The notes: generated by a model not told the origin, from the letters alone. A DNA stretch of 38,949 bases from a virus (IMGVR_UViG_3300025018_000056:1-38949), one strand, 5' to 3'. Shown: positions 1 to 9,936, counted from the stretch's first letter. Program-made: numbers and translations.

Positions 1-2
1 AC

Positions 3-308
3 GTGGACAATTCTAGCTACTTGTACAATTCTAGCTACGTGGACAATTCTAGCTCCGTGTACAATTCTAGCTACTTGTACAATTCTAGCTACGTGGACAA
101 TTCTAGCTACTTGTACAATTCTAGCTACGTGGACAATTCTCGCTCCGTGTACAATTCTAGCTACGTGGACAATTCTAACTCCGTGTACAATTCTAGCTAC
201 GTGGACAATTCTAACTCCGTGTACAATTCTAGCTCCGTGGACAATTCTAGCTCCGTGGACAATTCTAGCTCCGTGGACAATTCTAGCTCCGTGGACAATT
301 CTCGCTCC
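3..308 (+). repeat. 18-nt coding tandem repeat, 17 units, consensus KTGKACAATTCTAGCTMC
   Basis: Read directly; units are contiguous with no spacers. Confidence 0.95.
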
Positions 309-659
309 GTAAGGTTTTTATACAAAGCAATATTTTGTTATGATATTGGTTTTAAAGAGTATGTGGCTTTCAATAAAGAAGTAGGCAAAGAACGTTTTGA
401 AGAATTGTACATTAAAATCACTAATATAATAAAACCAAATTTACAAATGAAATTAGAAATTTTTGAAGATGAATGGAAAAAGAATGTTAGTAAAGAACAG
501 TGGGTAGAATTATCTAAAATCCCAGAGTTTGATAGAAAAGTAGTAGAGAATATTGTCGGTTTTACTTTGCCCTTAGAAGATACGGAAGAAAAAGTAAAAG
601 AAATGACTGTCAAAGAAATATCCGAGAAGTTAGGTTATGATATAAAAGTAATTAAATAA
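3..659 (+). CDS. Hexapeptide-repeat (probable beta-solenoid) phage protein
   Basis: 17 copies of [VL][DY]NS[SRN][YS], then a globular region ending KEMTVKEISEKLGYDIKVIK. Confidence 0.8.
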   Translation: MDNSSYLYNSSYVDNSSSVYNSSYLYNSSYVDNSSYLYNSSYVDNSRSVYNSSYVDNSNSVYNSSYVDNSNSVYNSSSVDNSSSVDNSSSVDNSSSVDNSRSVRFLYKAIFCYDIGFKEYVAFNKEVGKERFEELYIKITNIIKPNLQMKLEIFEDEWKKNVSKEQWVELSKIPEFDRKVVENIVGFTLPLEDTEEKVKEMTVKEISEKLGYDIKVIK

Positions 660-716
660 CCCCAAAGCCAACTAACTCTGTTGGCAGAGTTTAATAATTA
701 TTCTTAATAAATAAAT

Positions 717-1016
717 ATGGACAAAGAAACACAAATAGGAGTAGTGATAATAGCTATTCTCTCAATTATTTTAGCGATTATTATCCCACAATATAAAGAA
801 AATCAATGGGAAAAGAAAAGAATATTATGTAATAAAACAATTTTAGATGATGGAATATTGTCGGAACAAATAATTGAAGGTATTGGTTGGAGTGAAGATG
901 AAGTTAGTGTAGAAAATGCAATAAATAGGAATAAAATTTTGGAACGTAGGCTTGTTAATACCAATAAAGAGGTTAATATTCTTAGGGCGTTAATTGGTTG
1001 CTATTTTGATGAATAA
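717..1016 (+). CDS. Hypothetical protein with N-terminal TM helix
   Basis: Hydrophobic IGVVIIAILSIILAIII; AAATATG start context. Confidence 0.7.
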   Translation: MDKETQIGVVIIAILSIILAIIIPQYKENQWEKKRILCNKTILDDGILSEQIIEGIGWSEDEVSVENAINRNKILERRLVNTNKEVNILRALIGCYFDE

Positions 1017-1017
1017 T

Positions 1018-1143
1018 ATGACTAAAAAACAAGAAATAGAATACTTATTAGATGTTCTATATAAGTACCTTAGAAGTATATGTACAAAACCAAAAGACGC
1101 TTTATTAGAAGTTGAAAGAGTAAGAAAAATAATATATGACTAA
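1018..1143 (+). CDS. Small hypothetical protein (41 aa, MTKKQEIEYLL...)
   Basis: Hand-translated; TAATATG coupling to the upstream gene; fills the gap. Confidence 0.6.
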   Translation: MTKKQEIEYLLDVLYKYLRSICTKPKDALLEVERVRKIIYD

Positions 1144-1402
1144 AAAAGAAACATTAAAACTTCAAAACAAAGGGGAAAAAATATTTGATAAATTTTGTAA
1201 ATCATTTTTAGATTTTACTTTCGCAACACCTAAAACAAGCACACTTGAACTTTTTGCACTTTTAGAACAAAAAAAAGAATACGAGCTTTTAATTAGAGAA
1301 CTTATGAAAGAATTTTTAAGCAATCTTGACAATGAAACAGATTTATTTGTAAAAAATGGAAAGTTATATAAAAAATTAATATATATAAAGAATTTAAAAT
1401 AA
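1136..1402 (+). CDS. Hypothetical protein
   Basis: ORF in a tightly packed + strand run. Confidence 0.65.
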   Translation: MTKKETLKLQNKGEKIFDKFCKSFLDFTFATPKTSTLELFALLEQKKEYELLIRELMKEFLSNLDNETDLFVKNGKLYKKLIYIKNLK

Positions 1403-1407
1403 AATAT

Positions 1408-1626
1408 ATGCAAGGCGTATCACAATGGAAAAATGAAGGAGTAAAATATGGTCATTGGGATTATTTCAGAGAAGAAACAATAAACGAAATCCTAGAAATT
1501 ATAGAAGCCAACAAAGAAGGAGTAAGAAAAGACACAGGTGCTTTTAAATACGACTTTTGCTTTGATTTAATTAAAGAGGCGATTAAAAAACAGTTTACCG
1601 GAACAGATAAAGGAACAGATATTTGA
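1408..1626 (+). CDS. Hypothetical phage protein
   Basis: ORF with ATATATG start; GVSQWKNEGVKYGHWDYF segment. Confidence 0.7.
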   Translation: MQGVSQWKNEGVKYGHWDYFREETINEILEIIEANKEGVRKDTGAFKYDFCFDLIKEAIKKQFTGTDKGTDI

Positions 1627-1709
1627 TAAAAAATGGCTAAAATAAAGCAATAAAAATTGTTTACAATTAAAAAATAGGAACAGTAAATAGAAATTTAATA
1701 TTTAATAAT

Positions 1710-1952
1710 ATGAAGCATTACATTGTTATTCACGATAAAGAGGGTAATATTATTTCACAATGGAAAACTGATAGAAAATACAAATACGCTGTTAATTTAA
1801 CCACACCTGAAACACCTACCAATTATGTGGAAGATTACAAAGATGGAGATAGTATCCCAACTTCAAATGAAATAAAAACAACACATACTTTTACTCACAC
1901 AACCACGAGTGGAATGTGGTTTTGGAAAAAATCATTTCATCACTATTTATAA
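1710..1952 (+). CDS. Hypothetical protein
   Basis: ORF with TAATAATATG start. Confidence 0.65.
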   Translation: MKHYIVIHDKEGNIISQWKTDRKYKYAVNLTTPETPTNYVEDYKDGDSIPTSNEIKTTHTFTHTTTSGMWFWKKSFHHYL

Positions 1953-1964
1953 ACATTTAATAAT

Positions 1965-2378
1965 ATGAAATTAGAAAATCAAGTAGTCAGTTTAGAACTG
2001 GCACAAAAAATGAAAGAATTAGGATTTGAACAAGATAGTTTGTTTTATTGGAAAGAGCAAATGACTGGCAGTGATGTAGCAATAATACAAGCAGAAAATC
2101 CAGCAGATGATGATTATAAAAATTTTTATTCAGCCTACACTGTCGCTGAATTAGGAGAGATGTTGCCTTCTACAGTTTATACAAGAACATATTTAAGTAA
2201 AAATCACCCAACAAATGAAGAAAACAAAGATTATATTGAAGAAATGAAACAAAATAATTGGTATGCTATTCATTACGAGGATAATATGGATTTGCTTCAA
2301 GGCTACAAAACTGAAGCAGATGCAAGAGCCACCATACTTATTTATCTAAAAGAAAAGAAGTTTAATCTAAACATTTAA
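1965..2378 (+). CDS. Conserved phage hypothetical protein
   Basis: MKLENQVVSLELAQKMKELG and AYTVAELGEMLP resemble a recurrent uncharacterised phage family (recalled, not searched). Confidence 0.75.
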   Translation: MKLENQVVSLELAQKMKELGFEQDSLFYWKEQMTGSDVAIIQAENPADDDYKNFYSAYTVAELGEMLPSTVYTRTYLSKNHPTNEENKDYIEEMKQNNWYAIHYEDNMDLLQGYKTEADARATILIYLKEKKFNLNI

Positions 2379-2382
2379 TAAT

Positions 2383-2937
2383 ATGAAAAACACAATAGTA
2401 TCATTAGTTTGCTTAGTGCTTTGCTCAATATTTTTAGGTATAAGTTGGCACTATAAAAATATATCAGAAGAAGCACAAGATGTATGTGAAAATATAAATA
2501 CAACTAAAACAATCACATACAATTCATCAGCAGAAGGTAAATTTAAAAGTTTAGAAGAATTTGCGTTCGAAGAATTACCCTGTGCTGATTCTAAAAGAGC
2601 AGAACTAACTGCTAAATGCGAACTTGAAAATGAAATAAAAAAACAATCCAATGATTTACTTGAGCTAAGAAAAAACAAATTAACTCTAAAAGAAATAGCT
2701 ACTTGGAATACCTATGATTGTGATGGTTTACACAAAGAACAGATATACTATTGTGATTTTTCTAGTTTAAAATTCACCGCAGTAAATTACAATGAAAATT
2801 GTACTAGAATATATAGTGGTGGATATATTTTCAATTATCCTAACGGAACGAATGACAAAGATAGACAAATAGAATGTTTAACTCTTAAATATAAAATGGG
2901 TTATCCAACAACAAAGGATGACTTAGAAAAAATTTAA
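2383..2937 (+). CDS. Hypothetical membrane-anchored or exported Cys-rich protein
   Basis: N-terminal hydrophobic helix; multiple Cys. Confidence 0.7.
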   Translation: MKNTIVSLVCLVLCSIFLGISWHYKNISEEAQDVCENINTTKTITYNSSAEGKFKSLEEFAFEELPCADSKRAELTAKCELENEIKKQSNDLLELRKNKLTLKEIATWNTYDCDGLHKEQIYYCDFSSLKFTAVNYNENCTRIYSGGYIFNYPNGTNDKDRQIECLTLKYKMGYPTTKDDLEKI

Positions 2938-2938
2938 T

Positions 2939-3124
2939 ATGCAAATTATCCCCCCAAAACCAGAACCTAGTCAATTTATAAAAGACTGGAAAAAGAATTT
3001 AGAAAATCCTAATTTAGAGTTCCCAGAGAAGTGGTATATTAAGAATTTCTGGTGGGCTGATTGGGTAATGATAGGAGTTAGTATTGTGGCTATTATATGT
3101 GTCTGGATAGCCATACAAGGCTAA
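2939..3124 (+). CDS. Small protein with C-terminal TM helix
   Basis: TAATATG coupling; WVMIGVSIVAIICVWIAI. Confidence 0.65.
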   Translation: MQIIPPKPEPSQFIKDWKKNLENPNLEFPEKWYIKNFWWADWVMIGVSIVAIICVWIAIQG

Positions 3125-3184
3125 AAATTGAGTTCTAAGGAGTGTTTGGGTGTTAAGTAGTATAAGATTACTTTTAAATTAAAA

Positions 3185-3201
3185 ACCACCGATTAGGTGG
3201 T
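3185..3201. terminator. Hairpin near the convergence of the two arms; likely terminator for the - arm
   Basis: ACCACC-GATTA-GGTGGT with an adjacent A-run (U-tract on the - strand). Confidence 0.5.
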
Positions 3202-3208
3202 AAATAAT

Positions 3209-3289
3209 ATGAAATTAGACAGTGAACAAATCTTTCTCGGTTGGATACTAGGTATAGTTTTTTGTATTCTTATTATTCTTTTTGGGTAG
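3209..3289 (+). CDS. 26-aa single-TM microprotein (MKLDSEQIFLGWILGIVFCILIILFG)
   Basis: Hand-translated; TAATATG start; stop abuts the stop of the convergent gene. Confidence 0.5.
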   Translation: MKLDSEQIFLGWILGIVFCILIILFG

Positions 3290-3290
3290 A

Positions 3291-6200
3291 TTATTTAAAG
3301 ATACTTTCAAGACTTTTCTTTCCACCAAATATCTCGTTAAGAGGATTTTTATTAGCAGATAAAGCCTTATCAAGTTTTTTTATCTGACCGTCACTTAATA
3401 AACTTCTGAGATATTTTTTATCTTCTTCATTCATTTGATTATAAATTTCAGATTTTCTTTCATAGTCACCATTCTGTAAGAACTCAACCTGTGGAACAAA
3501 CCATCTTCTATCTTCTGTTTTTTTACCAATATTTCTAATCCAATCTTTAGCCGCTTTTGAACCATATTTACCTCTTAAAACAGACCTAATTAGCTCATCA
3601 GTATCTCTAACTGGAGCAAGTATTTTACCATTCTTGTCTGTTATCCCTCCTTCTTCAATAATTTCTAATCCTTCTTTTATTCGTCTTATTTGTTTTGGCA
3701 AACCAAACAACTCTGCACCAGCAAAAACAACATCACTCAAGTCATCCGTTCCTTGTCTGTATCTATTTAATTTTTTAAGCAACTGTGAAATCCCTGATAC
3801 ACCAGCTGATATTTGTATTGGTTGTTCTGTAGCAAGAGCATAACTTAACTGTGAAGCGATAGGAATATTACCCAACAAAGATTGTAATACATCGGTAGTC
3901 ATTTGTTTTTTATCACTCCACTTTGGAGATAACTGGCTAATTGCCTGTTCTAAATAAGCAATAGCAATCGCAGCACTAGCTACTTCGGCAAGTTTCTGAT
4001 ATTTCTTTACACCCTGTGCTTTATAAACTGCTTGAAAAAAGCCATTAAGTTGAGAGGTAAGAGGGTAGACAAACATATTTATAAATTTACCAACTTCACT
4101 TCTAAAAGCTAATGGGTATTGTGCTTTTGAAACCATTCCACCATACCATAAATCTAATGTGTCTTGTGATTTTTTTATGATTTCTTTTTGTATTTCTGGG
4201 CTTATCTCTACTCCTTGCTTTAGAAACTTAGAATAATTTTTGTCTAACAAAGCGTTTAAAGACGCCTGAGCATTTAATCTATCAAATTCAGTTAAAGAAC
4301 CAGTAAATATTCTACCAATTTTACCCTGTAAATCTTGTATAGCAATAGACCCTTTTCTAGTAGTTAGAGAAGGCAAATCTTTTACACTTATTCCAAACTC
4401 CTTAGCAAACTTACTAGATAACTTCGGGGGTGCTTTTTCTATTAAACTTATAGGAATTTGTGTTAATGCTTGTTTTACAACTGAAGCATAATTAAGACCC
4501 AAAGAAGCAATAGATGTAGCTTTTCTAAAAAATCTTGGTATAGCAGTAATCTTGCTTGGAGTTTCAGGATTTATAGTATCCTTATACCATTTCATTATAG
4601 TTTCATAATCTCTTTTATTTACTATGCTTTGGAATTGTTCGCTGTCTAAAAGATATTTTATTTCTGGTGCAGTATCTCCAACAACATTAAACTTAGTTAT
4701 ACCATCTATCCAACGAGCGACAACCTTACGATAATCAGTTTCGTATAGTTCTTTTGGTACTTCTTCAGCTCTTTCTTTTAAAGAAAAGAATGATGGGTGT
4801 TTTCTAACGATAAAGTCCATTGTATTACCACCCCTGTCAATTAGTTCTATATCATCTTTTGTCATTATGGGGGCATAGTTATCAACTTTGCCTGGAGTTT
4901 TACCATTCTTACGAGCTACTTCATAAAATCTTTCTTCTGTATCTTTAATGATGTTATCAAATATTTTTACAAATTCTTGCTCTTTTGTAGTTAAATCTTC
5001 TAACTTAGTGCTATAACCTTTTCCTTGTCTTGATAAATAATACTTGCCGATATTATCAGACTCTTTTTTTGTTAAATTAAATCTATCAGCTGTAAACCAA
5101 CCACCTTTTTTGAATAGTCCAGCTTCTCTAAATCTGTTAAGAAGAGAATTATTAAGCTCCTCTGCACCTCTAAAAGACTCTATAATTGGGTCATAAACTT
5201 GCTGTAATCCTTTTCTATCAAAATATAAAGCAGGAAGCTCATAATAATTTACCCCTTCTCCAATTAAATCAGATGCTTGTTTTACTGCTGTTTTCTTTAC
5301 CCAACCCCCAGCAGGTGGTAATCCTTTGTAGTTTGTTTTAATATCACCTAGCTGTTGTTTTGTAATAACAGAAGCTAAAGATTTGTCTGCGTTTCGTTTT
5401 ACTTTTACTGTGTCAATAAGTCTTGTTCCGTCTTCTAAAACTACATCAGCTATATCTTCATCAGCCCAGTTGTTCTTTTTAAGATTTTCTACAATCTTAT
5501 TTGTATTTCCTCTAGCGTTTTCTATTTGTACTAATTTTTTCTCTGTTAGTTTTTCAAGTCTGATAGCGTCTATGTTATTTGCTTTTAATTCTAGACCACG
5601 CACAAAATCACGCCATTCAAGAGGCGACATATACTCAGGTGCTTTTCTTGAAACAGACTTGACTTCTTTATCTGTTAAACTAAAATAATCTCTAACATTC
5701 CGTATGGTCTGTCTTCTGTTTTTTGTAAGTGATTTTATTTCGCTTGCCTTTGCTTTTTCTCTAAGTAAACTACTCAAAGGCACTTTTTCTTTTCGTGCTT
5801 CTTTTAGTAATTCAGTAGATTTGGCAAAGTCTTTGTCTTTTAATAACTCTTGCTCGACAGCTTTTTTTACATCTGTTCCTTTTGGTAATTCAGATAACTC
5901 AATTTGTTTTACAAGATAATCATAACCATTATCAAATCCAGCTTCATCTGCCAAGCTATCAATTTCTAAAACTTTTTCGTAACCCATTTTTTGGAATTTT
6001 TCAACATCTTTAGGTTCAACGATAATATTTTTTCCTTTAGTTTTTTGTTTTATTTTATCTCCACCTTGTGTAACAAATGTCTTTTCGCCTCCACCTTTTC
6101 TCATCAACCAACCTTCACCCATCATATCTTTTATATCTTTTTCTTTTCTAAAATAGGGATTATTTTTTATACCCTCTACAATATCATTATCAATTTCTTC

Positions 6201-8009
6201 TCTTTTCATTATGTTCATTTCAATATCTACTGCTTTTTTAGCACCTAGTTCTCCAGTAATTGCTTCTGATAATTTAGCCTTGCGTGTCCTCTCTGCTTTC
6301 AAAAAGTCTTCTGGTTTTATTTCCGCTTTCGGTAAAGCAGGTTTAACTTCTGGTATCTTATCCCACTCTGTTTTTAACTGTGATTTGGTTTTGATTTTAT
6401 TTATTTTATTCTTTAAATAATCAAAAGCTATTCCAGCACCTTGTCTTTCTCCCTCATTGTCAAAACGCCTCATATAATTAGTTATTTTTTTATCAAATAA
6501 CTTTTTTATATTTTCTAAACTTTTTTCATTTTCAAAAGTAGATTTACCATAGAATGAATATACATCTTTATCAAAATGTTTTCTAAGATTACTTGCTAAC
6601 ACCATAGCTCCTTGGGCTTGTTCACTACCCAATTCTATACCAGGTATTGAGAGTATTTCTGGGTCTGTTAAACTTTTAGAAACATTATTTGCTATATCCC
6701 CCTGCCCCTTCACCCACTCATCAAAAGACTGACCACTTTGTTTAGCAGATTTGATAGAAGTAGTTAGATTGCTTTCTTTTACTAATGGTTGCCATTTGCC
6801 ATTTACTTTAACTTCTAACATTTCAGGTGGAATGTTCTGTCCAGTAGTATAAGTTCCTTTACCACCTGCGAGTAAATCTTCTTGTAAATCAGTTGGTTTG
6901 AAACTTGTTTTAGTTCTTATCATTACATCACCTTGCTTACCATAGTAAGAAGCGGTTGCTTCATTAGCACCAAAAGATATTTTATTAGGACTAGAAACTC
7001 CTTCAAATCTTGCTTTGTTACCGGTAGTTAGTCCGTTTGCTCGTATGCTTTCTAGGTTTTCAGCAGAAGTTGTATGGTAAAGATTATTACTTGTTTTTGT
7101 AACTTTAGCATTTTGTCCTTTGGTGGCTTCAGCCATTTTTGCTTTGTATTCTGGGTCTTTCATTATCTCAAAGACACTTTTACGTTTTGGCAATTCAAAT
7201 TGACCAGAGGCTTTAGCTTGTTGGATAGATTGGGTGGTTTCGTCAATAGGTTTAAAAATCTCATCTAATTGTTTGGTTGGTTTTAATGCATCGGTAACAA
7301 TCCCAGTAGGTTTAACCTTGGTCGTTTTATTTACTTCTGCTATGTGAGTGAGTAGTTTTTTGGCAACATCATCACTTTTAGTCTTAACTATCTCAGGGGC
7401 AAAGTGTTTAGCTAAATCATCTTTAACTCCGATTTTTAAAAGCAAATCAATAGCGTCATCAACCTTATTGACCTTTTTGATAGCTTCAACAGCACCTTTA
7501 CGAGTTCCACCAAGAGGCAACAAGTCAAGTCCGACACTTCCAACAACCCCAGCAAAAGCCAGTTCTTCAGGAAATTGTGATGCTATTTTTCCTAATGAAG
7601 AATACTTTTTTTCTCTTTCACCCCACTCTTTTACTCTCATTTCGGCTTCGGCTATTCTTAACTCTACTGATTTGATAGGCTCGTCTTTAAAAATACTTTG
7701 TAAAAACTTTGGTACTTCAACAACATCAAGACCTTTTTCTTGTGGTAAAATCTTTTTTGTTATTGGTTTTGCAAGTGATACACCAGCACTTCCGATATTC
7801 CGAGCAATTTCTTTTCCTATATCTTTTATAAAAGGAGTAACTTTTCCTACAAGTTTTTTAGTCCCGTATTGAAATGGTGATTTAATAAACTCACCAACTT
7901 CAGAAACACCTTTAACAAGAGATGATAAATTCAACCCTGTTTTTTTAGGTTGCTTTTTTTGTTCTATCTGCTCTGGTTGTTTGTATCCTAGTGCGGACAA
8001 ATTAAGCAT
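3291..8009 (-). CDS. Large internal virion/DNA-ejection (polyvalent) protein with an ADP-ribosyltransferase-like domain
   Basis: 1572 aa; last gene of the structural module; LYHTTSAENLESIRANGL motif; helical C-terminal half. Confidence 0.7.
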   Translation of the reverse strand: MLNLSALGYKQPEQIEQKKQPKKTGLNLSSLVKGVSEVGEFIKSPFQYGTKKLVGKVTPFIKDIGKEIARNIGSAGVSLAKPITKKILPQEKGLDVVEVPKFLQSIFKDEPIKSVELRIAEAEMRVKEWGEREKKYSSLGKIASQFPEELAFAGVVGSVGLDLLPLGGTRKGAVEAIKKVNKVDDAIDLLLKIGVKDDLAKHFAPEIVKTKSDDVAKKLLTHIAEVNKTTKVKPTGIVTDALKPTKQLDEIFKPIDETTQSIQQAKASGQFELPKRKSVFEIMKDPEYKAKMAEATKGQNAKVTKTSNNLYHTTSAENLESIRANGLTTGNKARFEGVSSPNKISFGANEATASYYGKQGDVMIRTKTSFKPTDLQEDLLAGGKGTYTTGQNIPPEMLEVKVNGKWQPLVKESNLTTSIKSAKQSGQSFDEWVKGQGDIANNVSKSLTDPEILSIPGIELGSEQAQGAMVLASNLRKHFDKDVYSFYGKSTFENEKSLENIKKLFDKKITNYMRRFDNEGERQGAGIAFDYLKNKINKIKTKSQLKTEWDKIPEVKPALPKAEIKPEDFLKAERTRKAKLSEAITGELGAKKAVDIEMNIMKREEIDNDIVEGIKNNPYFRKEKDIKDMMGEGWLMRKGGGEKTFVTQGGDKIKQKTKGKNIIVEPKDVEKFQKMGYEKVLEIDSLADEAGFDNGYDYLVKQIELSELPKGTDVKKAVEQELLKDKDFAKSTELLKEARKEKVPLSSLLREKAKASEIKSLTKNRRQTIRNVRDYFSLTDKEVKSVSRKAPEYMSPLEWRDFVRGLELKANNIDAIRLEKLTEKKLVQIENARGNTNKIVENLKKNNWADEDIADVVLEDGTRLIDTVKVKRNADKSLASVITKQQLGDIKTNYKGLPPAGGWVKKTAVKQASDLIGEGVNYYELPALYFDRKGLQQVYDPIIESFRGAEELNNSLLNRFREAGLFKKGGWFTADRFNLTKKESDNIGKYYLSRQGKGYSTKLEDLTTKEQEFVKIFDNIIKDTEERFYEVARKNGKTPGKVDNYAPIMTKDDIELIDRGGNTMDFIVRKHPSFFSLKERAEEVPKELYETDYRKVVARWIDGITKFNVVGDTAPEIKYLLDSEQFQSIVNKRDYETIMKWYKDTINPETPSKITAIPRFFRKATSIASLGLNYASVVKQALTQIPISLIEKAPPKLSSKFAKEFGISVKDLPSLTTRKGSIAIQDLQGKIGRIFTGSLTEFDRLNAQASLNALLDKNYSKFLKQGVEISPEIQKEIIKKSQDTLDLWYGGMVSKAQYPLAFRSEVGKFINMFVYPLTSQLNGFFQAVYKAQGVKKYQKLAEVASAAIAIAYLEQAISQLSPKWSDKKQMTTDVLQSLLGNIPIASQLSYALATEQPIQISAGVSGISQLLKKLNRYRQGTDDLSDVVFAGAELFGLPKQIRRIKEGLEIIEEGGITDKNGKILAPVRDTDELIRSVLRGKYGSKAAKDWIRNIGKKTEDRRWFVPQVEFLQNGDYERKSEIYNQMNEEDKKYLRSLLSDGQIKKLDKALSANKNPLNEIFGGKKSLESIFK

Positions 8010-8010
8010 A

Positions 8011-9669
8011 TTATAATAAATTATCTAACATTCTTTCTATATCAGTATCTTTTCCTGTGTACCATTTAGAAAAGCCAGACTCATCAGCTAACTGTTTAAG
8101 TTCTTGGGTTGTATAATTTTGTTTAATAAAGGTTTTAATTTCATCATCAGAATACCCTTGACCTTGTGCCATTAATAATCTTTCTTTTAAACCTTCTACT
8201 GAAGTTCTATCTGATGTTTCTACTGCCTCTGTCATTTCTTCACTACCTACCAACGCTTGTTTAGCACCTGCCTCTAGTTCTTCTGGTGTAGCGTTTGGAT
8301 TATCTTCCATAAATTTTAAAAGTTGTGGTTCAGTAAAACCATAAGGAGGTGTCCAACCGTAAGAGCGTCTAAACTGTTCTATTTTATTTATGCTTAATGG
8401 CTCATCCTTTGGTGTTGTTCCCCCACCTCCTCCACCACCACTTATTTTATATGCTTGTCCCATATCTAATCTTTGTTTTTTAACATACTCCCCACCTTCT
8501 TTAACATAGAGGTCTTTGTATTTAGTGTTCCCGATGATGCTTTCTATCCAGAGTTCGTCTTTCTTTTTAGTCCCTGTAACAAATACTCCAGGGGAGACCT
8601 CCATAGTTTGTCCTTCTTCTATTTTAGCACCTAAATCAAGCATTGTTTTAGTCAAAGCAAGGCTATTTTCTTGGTCTTGTTGAGCATAGGCGTTTATTTG
8701 ACCGACCAAAACATTCGGGTCTATACCATAATCTTTAGCAGTTTCTATAATGTATTCCATATTAGCGTCTATATCATCACCTAGACTAGCATAAAGAGAA
8801 CCAGCAACACTTTCAGCAGTGGCTTCTTCATCTTCTCGTTCCATTCTCTGTAAATCTAAGGTAGCTTTTTGTAAAGCGATTGCCCTATCCTCTTCATCCT
8901 TAGCTCTCTGTTGCATATCTAATAGAGCTTGTGTTTTTTCTTTTCTTAACTCGGCTACATTGTTCATATAGTCATTAAGATTTTTCCACCTATTTTCTGC
9001 CTTTGAAGTGAGAGCATCTTTAGCAAGGTTAACCTCTTGAGCCATTTGAGCGTTTAAATCACTTATTCTAGCAAGTCCTTGGTCTAGTGCTGACTTAACA
9101 TTACCCTCGGCTAGTGTGGATGCGTATCTGGCTCTACCAGTTCTAAATTGAGAAGTTTGAACATTACCTACTGCACCTTTATTATATATTTCCATTTGAG
9201 AGATAAGACCGTCATATTTAGTCTTGATGTCTTGAATAATAGGGTGCATTTCACTATCAATAGTAGCAAGTTCGGCATCTAGTTTAGTCTTACTGGATTC
9301 CATATCAGCAATTTGTTGGTCTATAATGGCATTTTGTTCATCATAAATAGCATCTGTTTTTGGTATTTCAGATGTTGTAGTGGTAGTTGGAGTAGTTGAT
9401 CCTGACACAGGTGAGACGGTTGATATATAATTAAACATATCGACACCTTCTTGTGCAAAAATATCGCTCCATTGACTTCTAGGTATGTTTTGGCTAGTAA
9501 GTTCAGCGGCTAACACTTCAGCTGTTTTTTTCTTTGGCTTTACTTCAGTTTCTAAATACTTCATTTTTTCTATTGCTTTCTCTGGAGTAAATTGTTTAGA
9601 CACTAACCCTTCATACGCACTTTTAGCATAATCTGGGTCTATATATTTTGTTTGGTCAAATTGTGCCAT
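8011..9669 (-). CDS. Putative internal virion/ejection protein (coiled-coil)
   Basis: Position after the tail genes; A/Q/E-rich helical sequence; poly-Gly linker. Confidence 0.6.
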   Translation of the reverse strand: MAQFDQTKYIDPDYAKSAYEGLVSKQFTPEKAIEKMKYLETEVKPKKKTAEVLAAELTSQNIPRSQWSDIFAQEGVDMFNYISTVSPVSGSTTPTTTTTSEIPKTDAIYDEQNAIIDQQIADMESSKTKLDAELATIDSEMHPIIQDIKTKYDGLISQMEIYNKGAVGNVQTSQFRTGRARYASTLAEGNVKSALDQGLARISDLNAQMAQEVNLAKDALTSKAENRWKNLNDYMNNVAELRKEKTQALLDMQQRAKDEEDRAIALQKATLDLQRMEREDEEATAESVAGSLYASLGDDIDANMEYIIETAKDYGIDPNVLVGQINAYAQQDQENSLALTKTMLDLGAKIEEGQTMEVSPGVFVTGTKKKDELWIESIIGNTKYKDLYVKEGGEYVKKQRLDMGQAYKISGGGGGGGTTPKDEPLSINKIEQFRRSYGWTPPYGFTEPQLLKFMEDNPNATPEELEAGAKQALVGSEEMTEAVETSDRTSVEGLKERLLMAQGQGYSDDEIKTFIKQNYTTQELKQLADESGFSKWYTGKDTDIERMLDNLL

Positions 9670-9671
9670 AT

Positions 9672-9857
9672 TTATATAGTTATGTTGAATTTATTACCTG
9701 TTATTTTTTCTAACTCCCTGATATTCTTTCTTGTCTGGTCTTTTACTTTTGAGGTTGTCAAAAGATTAGTCTTGAATTGACTTTCTAAAGGCTCTATTTC
9801 TAGGTTGTTTTGTGGCTCTAGGGTTTCCTCTAAATAGTTTGCGATTTTATCTTGCAT
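9672..9857 (-). CDS. Hypothetical protein
   Basis: ORF coupled to the downstream gene. Confidence 0.55.
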   Translation of the reverse strand: MQDKIANYLEETLEPQNNLEIEPLESQFKTNLLTTSKVKDQTRKNIRELEKITGNKFNITI

Positions 9858-9883
9858 AAAATTATATTTAATTATTTTCTATC

Positions 9884-9908
9884 CACCAGTCCAGTAATTG
9901 AACTGGTG
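9884..9908. terminator. Intergenic hairpin after the tail-fibre-like gene
   Basis: CACCAGT...ACTGGTG inverted repeat. Confidence 0.4.
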
Positions 9909-9936
9909 AGAGAAAATGATTGGTAAGGTAGGATAG

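Noticed and set aside
1-308. CRISPR array
   Set aside because: The 18-nt units are contiguous with no unique spacers, they are in-frame coding, and no cas genes are present.
1600-1621. GGAACAGATA short tandem duplication
   Set aside because: Two copies encoding GTDKGTDI; too small to support a function.
3634-7872. Plus-strand ORFs antisense to the large ejection gene (and similar antisense ORFs elsewhere)
   Set aside because: Phe/Ser/Leu-rich shadow frames of Lys/Glu-rich genes, lacking the typical start context.
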